A stretch of 63,534 nucleotides of DNA, filler included, from Nitrospinota bacterium (GTDB lineage Bacteria > JAUXIQ01), in the NCBI GenBank assembly GCA_030620925.1. It is 13 parts of 13 records of this genome, joined end to end, with 100 filler letters (N's around TTAATTAATTAA, not from the genome) between each part and the next. Parts side by side here need not be neighbours in the genome. Positions count along the whole stretch, not along the records: positions 48,606 to 57,665 come from JAUXIQ010000054.1; positions 57,766 to 60,664 come from JAUXIQ010000390.1; 11 more parts are not named here. The stretch is one strand, 5' to 3'. Below are positions 49,347 through 59,602 of this stretch, in pieces. Every line of letters begins with the position of its first letter. The first letter of the stretch is position 1. The position numbers and the translations under genes were made by a program. The notes beneath the pieces are model-generated. The model worked only from the letters and a program-made list of their open reading frames with translations. It was not told the DNA's origin and made no database searches.

Positions 49347-50078
49347 ATGCGGGGACTGATATTCAGCATCATAATATCTGCCGTTGCCTTCTTCGGAGGT
49401 TTCCATTTGCACCAATACCTCTCTCCTGAGAGCTATCTCCTCCGAATAGATTTGGAACAACCACGCCGAACAACAGATAGCGGCCCCAAGAACCATTTCC
49501 TCGACCCGGGCTCAATCCATTTCAGCAATTATAAGGTTATCAGCCAGAAGAACCTGTTCAGACCGGAGCGTAAGGAATGGATTCCTCCCCCGAAAGTCGA
49601 TAAGCCGCCGCCCAGGAAGCCGGTAAAAGCCAAACCCAAAACGCCGCCGCCCCGGCTGACCCTTTACGGCACCATTATCTATGGAGAGAATGTCAGGATA
49701 GCCATAATAAAAGGGGGCGGAAAGGGAGGCTCTCCCGGGCAGAAGAGGAATTATCGTCTGGGTGAGTATATATCAGGCTACCTCATACAGGAGATAGGCG
49801 AGGATAAGGTGTTGCTGGTCAAGGAAGATGATAAAATCGAGCTGAAGCTCAGAGAGGGGAAGACCCTGCGGGCAACGCAGCCGGGCCGCACCAAACAGAA
49901 GCGGCAGGTAAGAAAACCTTCCCCTGCAGCGGTGAAGAAAGGCTCCCCGGGGAAAAAAGCGAGCGAAGGACCTGAACGAATAGTGGTCAAGGGGCCCGGA
50001 GGAAAGGAGATAGTGAAGAGAAAGAAGGTGATTCGCACCCCATTCGGCCCTAAAACCATTTACATTGAGGAGAGATAA
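49347..50078 (+). CDS. GspC-like T2SS assembly protein
   Basis: N-terminal TM, NLFRPER, Pro-rich linker, LTLYGTII..AII...YRLGEYISGYLIQEIGEDKVLL. Confidence 0.65.
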   Translation: MRGLIFSIIISAVAFFGGFHLHQYLSPESYLLRIDLEQPRRTTDSGPKNHFLDPGSIHFSNYKVISQKNLFRPERKEWIPPPKVDKPPPRKPVKAKPKTPPPRLTLYGTIIYGENVRIAIIKGGGKGGSPGQKRNYRLGEYISGYLIQEIGEDKVLLVKEDDKIELKLREGKTLRATQPGRTKQKRQVRKPSPAAVKKGSPGKKASEGPERIVVKGPGGKEIVKRKKVIRTPFGPKTIYIEER

Positions 50079-50237
50079 TAGTATAAAATTGTGGTCTCTT
50101 TATTATTAAAATGTCAGGGCCCGTACGTTCAACACACCAGGGCGCCGATGGGCCCTCGTGAAGTCGTGCGCGGGGCCGGAGGATTATCAGGAAAAAGAGA
50201 CGATACGAAATACTAACTTTGCGCGTAAGGATTAAAT

Positions 50238-52478
50238 ATGAAAAAGATTGTATCCACGGGGGTTCTTGTTTCTCTTATATTCCTCCTCGCCGCTTGCCAG
50301 AGGCCACCATATACGCCGGCCCGCTTCAAAGGTAAAGCTGAAGCCCCGACCTCCCGGTCGGAAGCCTTGCAGCAACGGCCCGTGGTCGGGAAGAAAGAGG
50401 CCGCGCCCCGGGCCCGGGCGCAGCAAGAAAGGATGACCGCTGAGGCCCCTGCGGGCCCCCCGGAGATAAGAAGCTCTGAACGTGTGACCCGGGAGGTGTT
50501 GGAGAAAGAACCGGCTGCCAGGCGACCCGCCCCCAGGGCCGGCCGCGGCGCCGAGAGGGAAGAGGTGGGGAGAGGATACGTAGCGCTCAACTTCGATAAC
50601 GCAGATGTTTACGATTTCATTCAGAGCGTGAGTGAGATAACGGGCATCAACTACGTCGTAGCTCCCGGTGTTGCGGGTAAGATAACCGTCCAGACCTCGG
50701 GGGGCATTCCCGTGGAGGACGTCCTGAAACTCATGGATACCATCCTGGGGGTTTATAAACTGGCCGCCGTCGAGTCAGAAGAGATTTATAAAATCGTGCC
50801 TGTGGAGCAGGTGAAAAAAGTTGGGCCTGAGATGTTTATGGGAAGAGAGATTGGGGCAGTGCCTCAGGGAGACAAGGTTATAGTGCAGATCGTGAAGCTC
50901 TACTACCTTTCTCCGGGAAAAGCTATAGAGCTGCTCCAACCATTTGCCGGCGTGAGCGCCGAGATCATACCCTTCCCGCTGATGAATACGATGTTGATAA
51001 TCGATTCAGCCGCCAATGTCAGGCGGTTGATGGGGCTTGTAGACCTTTTTGACGTGGACCTGTTCGAAAACCTGGGGGTCGGGTTTTTCCCCCTGCAGCA
51101 TATCCTCCCCTCCGAACTGGCACAAGAGCTTCAGGATATATTCGCCGCACTGGGCATCAGCAGTATTTCCGCCGGCGGCGGACTGGAGATGATCCCTTTC
51201 GACAGGCTGAATTCCCTTTTGATCATTGCCTCTACGCCTCGGTTGCTTAAGAGCGCCGAGGACTGGTTGCGGGAGCTGGATAGGCCCACTATCGACGCAG
51301 GCATCCAGACGCATGTCTATTATCTGGAGAGCGGTGATTCCGTTAATATAGCCGACATTCTGAGACAACTCTTCCTCGGCCAGGAGAAGAAGACACCTCG
51401 TCCCCCCGGCCCGCAGGCGAGGCAGCAGCGCACACCCGCACCCAAAGAGGGAGCGAAGAAAAAAGCCGCCACTCGCCCCAAAGCACCGACACCTGGCAGG
51501 TCGAGGCTTACTGAGCTTGTCAGGGGAGAGGTCAAGATAGTGGCTGATGAGGCCACCAACGCCCTGATCATTCAGGCGTCCCGCAGCGATTATAGGATCA
51601 TTGAAAAGACCATCAAAGAGCTTGATCTCAGGCCCAAACAGGTGCTTATCGAGGTGCTCATCGCCGAGGTGACGCTGACCAAAGGGCTCGACTTCGGAGT
51701 GCAGTGGACGGTGGGCCACTCCAACGAGAGCAAAAGCACTCAGGGCATGGCAAAAAGCCTGTTCGTGCCCGCAGCAGGCATAACGGATATATCCGATTTT
51801 AAGGAATTCTTCACCTCACTTGCCGCCAGCACCACCGGCTTTACCTACAGTCTTACAAGCGGTGATGAAATATTCGCGCTCCTGGATGCCCTGGCCACCG
51901 TAACCACCGTGGATATCCTCTCCTCACCTCACATTCTGGCCTCGGACAACAAGGAGGCCACCATCAACGTGGGCGACGAAGTGCCCATAGTGACCTCGGA
52001 GCAGCTGCCGGTGGGAGTGGAGGAGACACGCTTTCGGAACATTCAATATCGACAGACGGGCATTACGCTGACCGTTACCCCGCATATAAATTCAAAGAAC
52101 CTGGTGACCATGGATATTACTCAGGAAGTAAGCGAGGTGGCGGCAGCCGGTCTATCGGCTGTACAGCTGGAAACACCAACTATCAGCACGCGCGTCGTCG
52201 AGACCACCATAGTGGTGCAAAACGGCCAGACCATCCTCATGGGAGGGCTTATTTCAAGAAACAAGCAGAAGGTGACGACCAAAGTGCCCTTGCTGGGAGA
52301 TATCCCGATATTGGGCTGGCTGTTCAGGTCCTCTTCAGACACTTACGCGAGGCGGGAGCTGATCCTTCTCATCACTCCGCGCGTGATATCCAACGACGTC
52401 GATGCAGGGAGACTGACCAAAGAGTTCACCCACAGAATCGAATCCCTGAAGGAAAGAATGAAAGAGCTGAAGCGGTAG
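50238..52478 (+). CDS. gspD: Type II secretion secretin GspD (lipoprotein signal)
   Basis: LNFDNADV N0 domain, N-domain repeats, LDLRPKQVLIEVLIAEV, KVPLLGDIPILGWLF, ELILLITPRVI; lipobox LAAC. Confidence 0.93.
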   Translation: MKKIVSTGVLVSLIFLLAACQRPPYTPARFKGKAEAPTSRSEALQQRPVVGKKEAAPRARAQQERMTAEAPAGPPEIRSSERVTREVLEKEPAARRPAPRAGRGAEREEVGRGYVALNFDNADVYDFIQSVSEITGINYVVAPGVAGKITVQTSGGIPVEDVLKLMDTILGVYKLAAVESEEIYKIVPVEQVKKVGPEMFMGREIGAVPQGDKVIVQIVKLYYLSPGKAIELLQPFAGVSAEIIPFPLMNTMLIIDSAANVRRLMGLVDLFDVDLFENLGVGFFPLQHILPSELAQELQDIFAALGISSISAGGGLEMIPFDRLNSLLIIASTPRLLKSAEDWLRELDRPTIDAGIQTHVYYLESGDSVNIADILRQLFLGQEKKTPRPPGPQARQQRTPAPKEGAKKKAATRPKAPTPGRSRLTELVRGEVKIVADEATNALIIQASRSDYRIIEKTIKELDLRPKQVLIEVLIAEVTLTKGLDFGVQWTVGHSNESKSTQGMAKSLFVPAAGITDISDFKEFFTSLAASTTGFTYSLTSGDEIFALLDALATVTTVDILSSPHILASDNKEATINVGDEVPIVTSEQLPVGVEETRFRNIQYRQTGITLTVTPHINSKNLVTMDITQEVSEVAAAGLSAVQLETPTISTRVVETTIVVQNGQTILMGGLISRNKQKVTTKVPLLGDIPILGWLFRSSSDTYARRELILLITPRVISNDVDAGRLTKEFTHRIESLKERMKELKR

Positions 52479-52550
52479 ACAAGATAGCAGGATAAATGAT
52501 GTCTCTCGCAGTACAGGATAAGACGCACGATTCACCCTGAGTAATAGGTT

Positions 52551-53483
52551 ATGAGAACCTTGATCACCGGTGGAGCGGGTTTCCTGGGTTCACACTTATG
52601 TGATTATCTGTTGGATAGGGGGCACACGATTGTATGTGTTGATAACCTCATTACCGGCAGTACCCATAATATAGCCCACCTGGCCGGAAATAAAAACTTC
52701 AGTTTTGTCGAGCACGACGTTACGGAGCCTATATCCGTTAAGGGACCGTTCGATTATGTGCTCCATTTCGCTTCTCCCGCCAGCCCCATGGATTATGGTA
52801 AATACCCCCTGGAAACTTTGATGACAGGGTCTTTGGGGACGCGAAACACGCGGGAATTATCTCTGGAGGGAGGGGCGCGCTTCATGCTGGCTTCCACGTC
52901 CGAGGTATACGGTGATCCGCTGGAGCACCCTCAGCGGGAAGACTATCACGGCAACGTCGATATCACGGGCCCCAGAGCCGTATACGACGAAGCCAAGCGC
53001 TTCGCTGAAACCATCACCATGGCTTACCACCGAAAACACCGCCTCGATGTGCGTATCGCAAGAATATTTAATACTTATGGACCCCGCATGCGGCTGGGTG
53101 ACGGGAGAGTTATCCCCACTTTTATGGAACAGGCAATAAACGGGGAAGATCTCACCGTATTCGGGCGGGGCACGCAGACCCGCAGTTTCTGCTATTACCG
53201 GGATATGGTCGAAGGCTTGTACGGCCTCTTGATTTCAGACGTGATAGAGCCGGTGAATATAGGAGACCCCAATGAGATGCCGGTGATAGAATTGGCCATG
53301 ATGGTGCTCGAAATCTCCGGTGCTGGCAGCGGTATCAAGCATCTGGATCTGCCCAAAGGAGACCCCAAAATGAGGAAGCCGGATATCTCCCGGGCAAAAA
53401 ATTTGTTGGCATGGGAACCCCTGACGCCCCTGGAAGAAGGGCTCACGGAAACCCTAAGCTACTTCCAGGAATTGTTAGAATAA
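52551..53483 (+). CDS. UDP-glucuronate decarboxylase-like SDR
   Basis: [51 protein letters not shown]. Confidence 0.92.
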   Translation: MRTLITGGAGFLGSHLCDYLLDRGHTIVCVDNLITGSTHNIAHLAGNKNFSFVEHDVTEPISVKGPFDYVLHFASPASPMDYGKYPLETLMTGSLGTRNTRELSLEGGARFMLASTSEVYGDPLEHPQREDYHGNVDITGPRAVYDEAKRFAETITMAYHRKHRLDVRIARIFNTYGPRMRLGDGRVIPTFMEQAINGEDLTVFGRGTQTRSFCYYRDMVEGLYGLLISDVIEPVNIGDPNEMPVIELAMMVLEISGAGSGIKHLDLPKGDPKMRKPDISRAKNLLAWEPLTPLEEGLTETLSYFQELLE

Positions 53484-53562
53484 TCCGCAGGTTAAGGGAG
53501 GGTAATTACCGCCCCGGTGAGGTTCGCTGCTTACTATTGCCGCGTCCTCGGAGGAGTTATGC

Positions 53563-53591
53563 TTGACAGCAGAATGATGTAATGCTAACCT
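53563..53591 (+). promoter_or_regulatory. sigma70 promoter of the rpmH operon
   Basis: TTGACA-17 nt-TAACCT with extended TGn. Confidence 0.6.
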
Positions 53592-53774
53592 TTAAAATGT
53601 ATATTGCTGAGTTAAAATAGATTCTGTTGAAAAATACGAAATTATTTACATATTTACCTGATGTTTAGTAATCGATCGGCTGCTGCACGACGCGAATGAA
53701 TTACGGTATATTCGTGTGATGTTGTACGGTCCCCCTTAAACAGAGTGCCTCGGTAACAGCATGGGAGGCGGCAT

Positions 53775-53909
53775 TTGAAGCGAACGTATCAACCTTCACG
53801 GATTAAGCGGAAAAGAACTCACGGCTTCATGGCCAGGATGAGCAGTAGGGGGGGGAGAAAGGTCCTGCAGAGGAGGAGGGCCAAGGGGAGAAAGCGGCTT
53901 ACCGTATAG
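53775..53909 (+). CDS. rpmH: 50S ribosomal protein L34 (not in ORF track)
   Basis: GGAGG RBS, TTG start; [44 protein letters not shown]. Confidence 0.97.
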   Translation: MKRTYQPSRIKRKRTHGFMARMSSRGGRKVLQRRRAKGRKRLTV

Positions 53910-53947
53910 ACCATGCTTCGGGCAAGCCCCCTGGCACCAGGCAACGG

Positions 53948-54355
53948 ATGAGACCATATTCCCTTAGTAAAAAAGAGCGGATCAGGAAGAATTACGAGTT
54001 CCAGAGGGTTTATGGCCAGGGGAAGAAGGTTGTAAGCCGTTATTTCGTCATCTACTGGATGGAATCGGAAGACACCATCAGAAGGCTGGGTGTCAGTGCA
54101 TCCAGGAAAATAGGTAAGGCGGTTAAACGAAACAGGGCCAAACGGCTGACCAGGGAGGTTTTCAGACGCAATAAGTATTGCTTGAGTCCCGGGGTAGACC
54201 TGGTAATAGTGGTGCGAAAAGGCCTGGCAGAGCAAAGCTACTCGGCGATAGAGACACTTTTCATCCACGAGTTGAACCGGATAGAGCGAAGCAGAGAAAA
54301 ATTTTCGCATCAAGGGACCATCTCCTTCAGTGCCGGAGCGGAAAGAAAGAATTGA
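53948..54355 (+). CDS. rnpA: Ribonuclease P protein component
   Basis: RLGVSASRKIGKAVKRNRAKR (RNR motif); synteny. Confidence 0.95.
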   Translation: MRPYSLSKKERIRKNYEFQRVYGQGKKVVSRYFVIYWMESEDTIRRLGVSASRKIGKAVKRNRAKRLTREVFRRNKYCLSPGVDLVIVVRKGLAEQSYSAIETLFIHELNRIERSREKFSHQGTISFSAGAERKN

Positions 54356-54400
54356 AAGTCGTCTGAAAATAACTACTGCCCTGAAAGAAAACCGGCAAGA

Positions 54401-54610
54401 ATGACGAAAGCGTTAGTCTTTTTAATAAAAGGTTATCAGAGGTTTATTTCCTCTTTTCTCCTACCGGCGTGCAGGTTCACCCCCAGCTGTTCCTCTTACG
54501 CTATCCAGGCCCTGGAGAAGTATCGTCTGTTTAAGGGTAGCTGGCTCATCATAAAGCGCCTGTCGAGGTGTCATCCCTTGGGCGAAGGCGGTTACGACCC
54601 GGTGCCCTGA
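54401..54610 (+). CDS. yidD: Membrane protein insertion efficiency factor
   Basis: YQRFIS, CRFTPSCSSY, RCHPLGEGGYDPVP. Confidence 0.96.
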   Translation: MTKALVFLIKGYQRFISSFLLPACRFTPSCSSYAIQALEKYRLFKGSWLIIKRLSRCHPLGEGGYDPVP

Positions 54611-54711
54611 TGAGAGGTATATTAGAATTAGTTCAGGGAAGATATAAGCGAGAGATTAGTCTATTTCCATATCTTTAATTGAATGCTCTAACCTTTTTGA
54701 GGTGAGCCTTG

Positions 54712-56445
54712 ATGGACAAAAGAGCACTGGTGGCGGTTATTTTATCTATGCTCGTTCTGCTTATTTGGGGATATTTTGAGCAGAAGAAAGGTCAGGAAAG
54801 GCAGATACTCCAGAAGAAGTTAGAGATGGAGGTGGAGAAAGAGAGGGTTCCGGAGGTGGAACCTGAGAAGTTTGAGGTGCGGGGAGAGGGGCAAGAGAAG
54901 CGCCCCGGCATAAAGACCCTTACGGATATCCCCTCCTACATGAGTCTCGAACCGCCTCCGGTGAAGGAAATAGTGGTGGAAAACGATCTGGCAACGATTA
55001 CTTTTACCACCCTTGGCGGCAGGCTCAAGAGCTACGTGTTGAAGGAGTATAAGGATAGAGACGGTAATAATCTGGAGATGATACCGGAGCTGGAATACAG
55101 AGATATGCCCCTGGCGCTCGACCTGAGGCAAGAAGGGGGCAAGCTGACCACCTCAGACGGCCGGGAATTTAACGCCACCCTGTTCAACAGCAGGGTAAAC
55201 AGGGCGGTGTACGAAGCCAGCACGCCCAGGATCTTTCTGAGCAGTTCGCGGGGCGACGCCAAGCTCAGCATGTCGTATCACGATGGAACCGGCGTCAAAG
55301 TGATAAAAGAGTTCACTTTTTTTAACGATACATATTCCTTCGACGTCGATGTGCGGCTGGAGGGGCTGGCCAGATATCCCCAGGGCATCCCTTATCAACT
55401 GACCTGGGGTTCTGCTCTCAGTGAGGATAAAAAACGAAGAGGCCGCCAGGCGGGCATTCAGGTGCTCACCTTTGACGGAAAGAAGACAAAGAAGCGGAAG
55501 GCCAAGAAAATAAAGGACGTAATGGTCATAACAGAGCCCGTCCGATGGGTTTCAGCGGGGACAAAATATTTCGTGGTCGCACTGTTGCCCGGAGATACCG
55601 AGGCGCCGGCCGCTTTGCGCAGGGTAATCCCGGATAAGATAGCCATCGGAATGAGGTTCAACGCCGGTGACCGAAAGGCGGGTACCTCGCCTTCGCTTTA
55701 TGTGGGCCCCAAGGAATCCAAGCGTCTGGCGAGATACGGGTTATCGCTGGAAAAGGTCATCGATTACGGCTGGACTCCCTTCGGTGAAACCGCCACCCGG
55801 GGACTGGCCAAACCGCTGATGGCCATACTGCGCTGGTTCTATTCCTTCACCCACAACTACGGGTTGGCCATAATACTGCTCACCATGGTTATCAAAGTCG
55901 CCTTCTACCCACTCACACAGAAGAGTTTCATTTCCATGCAGAGGATGCAGGTGCTGCAGCCCAAGGTAAAAGCCCTGCAAGAGCGCTACCGGAACGATCG
56001 CCAGCGCCTGAACCAGGAGATGATGCATCTCTATCGCACGCACAAAGCCAACCCCATGGGCGGTTGCCTGCCCATGCTCGCGCAATTGCCGATTTTCTAT
56101 GCACTGTACGTGGTTCTCATGTATTCCATAGAGTTGAGGCAGGCCCCTTTCATCTGGTGGATAAAAGACCTCTCGGATTACGACCCCTATTTTGTTACCC
56201 CCATCCTCATGGGGGTGACCATGTTTTTCCAACAAAAAATGAGCCCCACCATGGGGGATCCCAGGCAGGCGAAGATGATGCTCATGATGCCAGTGATTTT
56301 TACCATAATGTTTATCTATTTCCCCGTGGGCCTCGTCATTTACTGGTTGATTAATAATCTACTGACCATTGTGCAACAATTTTTTATAAAAAAGAAGATG
56401 GCCGTAGCTCCTGCTAAACAACCGATAGCGGAGTCCCGCGATTGA
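54712..56445 (+). CDS. yidC: Membrane protein insertase YidC
   Basis: N-terminal TM, periplasmic domain, IDYGW, NYGLAIILLT, NPMGGCLP, ELRQAPF, GLVIYW. Confidence 0.97.
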   Translation: MDKRALVAVILSMLVLLIWGYFEQKKGQERQILQKKLEMEVEKERVPEVEPEKFEVRGEGQEKRPGIKTLTDIPSYMSLEPPPVKEIVVENDLATITFTTLGGRLKSYVLKEYKDRDGNNLEMIPELEYRDMPLALDLRQEGGKLTTSDGREFNATLFNSRVNRAVYEASTPRIFLSSSRGDAKLSMSYHDGTGVKVIKEFTFFNDTYSFDVDVRLEGLARYPQGIPYQLTWGSALSEDKKRRGRQAGIQVLTFDGKKTKKRKAKKIKDVMVITEPVRWVSAGTKYFVVALLPGDTEAPAALRRVIPDKIAIGMRFNAGDRKAGTSPSLYVGPKESKRLARYGLSLEKVIDYGWTPFGETATRGLAKPLMAILRWFYSFTHNYGLAIILLTMVIKVAFYPLTQKSFISMQRMQVLQPKVKALQERYRNDRQRLNQEMMHLYRTHKANPMGGCLPMLAQLPIFYALYVVLMYSIELRQAPFIWWIKDLSDYDPYFVTPILMGVTMFFQQKMSPTMGDPRQAKMMLMMPVIFTIMFIYFPVGLVIYWLINNLLTIVQQFFIKKKMAVAPAKQPIAESRD

Positions 56446-56533
56446 TGCGGGTCTTCAGCCTGGTATCGGGAGAAGGGAAGGAAGACACGCTGCATCCTGA
56501 ACCTGACAGCTAGGGCTAAACAAGGAGGTAGGA

Positions 56534-57175
56534 ATGGAATGGATAGAAGAGGAAGGGAAAACTAGATCGGAAGCCCTGGAGAAAGCTTTGAGCAAGATAG
56601 GCCTGCCGGAAGAGAAGGTTGAAGTCGAGGTAATCCAGGAGAACAAGAAGAAGTTCGGCATAATAGGTACCAGGCGGGTGAAAATCAAGGTCAGCTACGA
56701 CCCCAGGGATAGGGTGGTAGTCATTGCCAAGGAGAACCTGGAAGAGATTCTCCATAAGATGGATCTCACGTGCGTGGTGGAGGAGGCCGAAAGGAACGGC
56801 AGCCTTTGTCTGAACATCATCAGCCCCCAGAGCGCGCTTATTATAGGGAAAAGGGGAGAAACCATTGACGCGCTGCAGTACTTGATGAGCCGTATAGTCA
56901 GCAAAAAGATGAGCCAGAAGGTTAACGTTATCGTCGATACCGAAAACTACCGCGAAAAACACGTGGACAAGATAGAAAAACTGGCCAGGAAAACGGCCGA
57001 CGAGGTCCGTTCCACCGGCCGGGCTGCCTTTTTGGCCCCCATGAACTCGCGAGATCGAAGGATCGTTCACCTCACGCTGCAGGACGACAAGGACGTAAAC
57101 ACCCTCAGCAAAGGGGAGGGTCCCAGGCGGAAAATAAAGATCAGCCCCCGCGCCGGCGGCGAGGTGGAGGAATAG
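56534..57175 (+). CDS. jag: Jag/KhpB (EloR) RNA-binding protein (Jag_N-KH-R3H)
   Basis: EGKT..EA, IIGKRGETIDALQY, MNSRDRRIVH, SKGEGP.R. Confidence 0.94.
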   Translation: MEWIEEEGKTRSEALEKALSKIGLPEEKVEVEVIQENKKKFGIIGTRRVKIKVSYDPRDRVVVIAKENLEEILHKMDLTCVVEEAERNGSLCLNIISPQSALIIGKRGETIDALQYLMSRIVSKKMSQKVNVIVDTENYREKHVDKIEKLARKTADEVRSTGRAAFLAPMNSRDRRIVHLTLQDDKDVNTLSKGEGPRRKIKISPRAGGEVEE

Positions 57176-57253
57176 CGGACCCTTTGTTGCCCCTGTTGAG
57201 TCGTTCACCGGCGTTCAAAGGGGAATTTCCTTACAATCAGTTTTAGCGCAACC

Positions 57254-57665
57254 GTGTATATGGATGAGGAAACCATCGTAGCCCTCTCCACACCGCCCGG
57301 CCGCGGCGGGATAGCCGTGGTTCGGCTGAGTGGACCTGATGCGGTTGATATCGCTCTCCGCCTTTTTATGCTCCCCGACGACCGCCGCCTCTCCGACCCC
57401 CGTTCGCATAAAGCCGTTCACGGTTTCGTGGTCGAACCGGCCACCGGAGAGTATATCGATGAGGCGGTGATGACGCCCATGCTCGCCCCCCGCTCATACA
57501 CGGGTGAGGACGTGGTGGAGATAAGTTGTCACGGGGGGCCGGGTCCGGTTGAAGCCGTCATCCGGCTGTGCATGGATGCGGGGGCCAGACCGGCAGGGCC
57601 GGGGGAATTTACCCGCCGCGCTTTCCTCAACAACCGCATAGACCTCGCCCAGGCCGAAGCGGTGG
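57254..57665 (+). CDS. mnmE: tRNA modification GTPase MnmE (3' truncated)
   Basis: TIVALSTPPGRGGIAVVRLSG, SYTGEDVVEISCHGG, PGEFTRRAFLN. Confidence 0.96.
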
Positions 57666-57765
57666 NNNNNNNNNNNNNNNNNNNNNNNNNNNNNNNNNNN
57701 NNNNNNNNNTTAATTAATTAANNNNNNNNNNNNNNNNNNNNNNNNNNNNNNNNNNNNNNNNNNNN
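57666..57765. other. Artificial contig spacer
   Basis: N44-TTAATTAATTAA-N44. Confidence 0.99.
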
Positions 57766-59591
57766 ACCTATCTACGGGTAGCATAGAAAAAAAGCCGGTC
57801 ACCGAAAAGATGGTGGAGACGGCGCTGGGAGGGATGGGGTTCAGCGCCAAGATACTTTATGACAGCCTTCCCTCCGGTATCGACCCCTACTCCTCCGACA
57901 ACCTCTTTATTTACGCCGCCGGAGTTCTGGCGGGAACCCTGATTCCCGGCTCCTGCCGAACGGAAATAACGTTTAAATCACCGCTCAGTGGCCTTTTCGG
58001 CGATTCCAATTCAGCCGCCCCCGCCCAGATGTTAAAGTGGGCCGGATACGACGCGCTGGTGGTAAGCGGGAAATCGGAAAAACCCGTATACATCAAGATA
58101 GACGATGACAACGTCTCCATAGAAGACGCCGGCCACCTTTGGGGTAAGGACAATTACCAGACGGTGGACATCCTGTGGGATGAATTCCCCGGCTGCTGGG
58201 TCTCCTCCATAGGACCCGCCGGCGAGAACCTTGTCCGCTACGCCAACGTGCTCAACAACAAGACCTCCTCCTTCGGCCGCACCGGCGTGGGAACCATCAT
58301 GGGCGCAAAAAAGGTCAAGGCGGTCGCCGTGCGGGGCACCAAGTCGGTGAAAGCGGCCGATCCACCTGCATTCATGAAGCTGGTGAGGCGCATAACCGAC
58401 GACCTGATGGATCAGCCCTACGTATACCAGTGGCGCGATCTGGGCACCCTTATACAGTTTCAGGACTTCGCCCCCGGTTCCCGGGAGACCCTGGACGCCC
58501 ACGGGTCCGAACAGTTGGACATGGGGGACTGGACACGCCACTACAAGGAAAACGTCAAGAGCGGACTGCATACCTGCCACATCTGCCCCGTGGGCTGCAA
58601 GGCCCAGATAAAAATAGAAGAAGGCAAACACAAGGGACTCGACTTCAACATCTCCTGCCCGGCGGGGACGCTGACCCTCCCCTTTCTTGGCATACTGCAG
58701 CTTCCCTACGAAGATGTCCCCAAGTTCTCCGAGATATGCAACAGGTTGGGGCTGGATACGCTGGAATCCACCTCCATGCTCCTGTTCGCCACCCACTGCT
58801 TCGAAAACGAAGTGATAACCACCGCCGACACCGGCGGCCTTCAGTTCCACAAAGGATTCGCCGATGAGTACGCCCAGCTGCTCACCGACATCGCCCACAG
58901 AAAGGGCCTGGGAGATATCATGGCCGATGGGGTGGTGGGCGCGGCACAGAGGATAGGCGAAGGGGCAAAACCCTTCAGCGGAAATATCAAGGGCTGGAGG
59001 ATGGAACAGGAAGAATTTCTGCGCTGGAGCACCGTCACCTTCGGCCCCGCGGTAAATCCCCGCGGCCCCCAGTTGAACCAATACAGCTCCATCACCCACA
59101 TGCCCGACAGGTCAGAAGAATCCCTCCTGCGTTATGTAAATCGCATCGGTGTGCCGGAGGAGCACATCAAACGAGTAGTCACCGGCGGCACCGACGGCTT
59201 CGACACACCCTTAATGACCTACTACGCGGAGCTTTTTAACAATATCGTCTTTGCCATGAGCATGTGCAATCGGCCCTTTTTCAGCCGGGTCATGGACCTG
59301 AACACATTCACCGAGCTATTCAATACATCCACAGGTCTCGATTACAGCCCCGAAAAGTTGATGAAGGCCGCCGAACGGATTATTAATATCAAAAGACTGT
59401 TCAACGTGCGGGAAGGGGCCGCCAGAAAAGACGATTGTTACCCCGAGGGGCATCTTCCCCCGGAAAGGGAAAAGGAATTCCAGGGGTTCCTGAACAGGTA
59501 TTACCAGGCACACGGATGGGATGAGGAGACGGGTATCCCCACCCCCCAGAAGCTGGAGGAGCTTTCCCTCGAAGACCCTCTCAACAGGTAA
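57766..59591 (+). CDS. Tungsten aldehyde:ferredoxin oxidoreductase (AOR/WOR) family, divergent (5' truncated)
   Basis: Frame open to the contig edge (LSTGSIE...); KSPLSG, LKWAGYD, IGPAGENLV, GRTGVGTIMGAK, CHICPVGC, NRLGLDT, FNVREG, YY..HGWDEETGIPT. Confidence 0.9.
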
Positions 59592-59602
59592 AGGAAAAAA
59601 AA

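Noticed and set aside
53484-53774. oriC upstream of rpmH
   Set aside because: Moderately AT-rich, but no DnaA-box cluster seen and dnaA is not adjacent.
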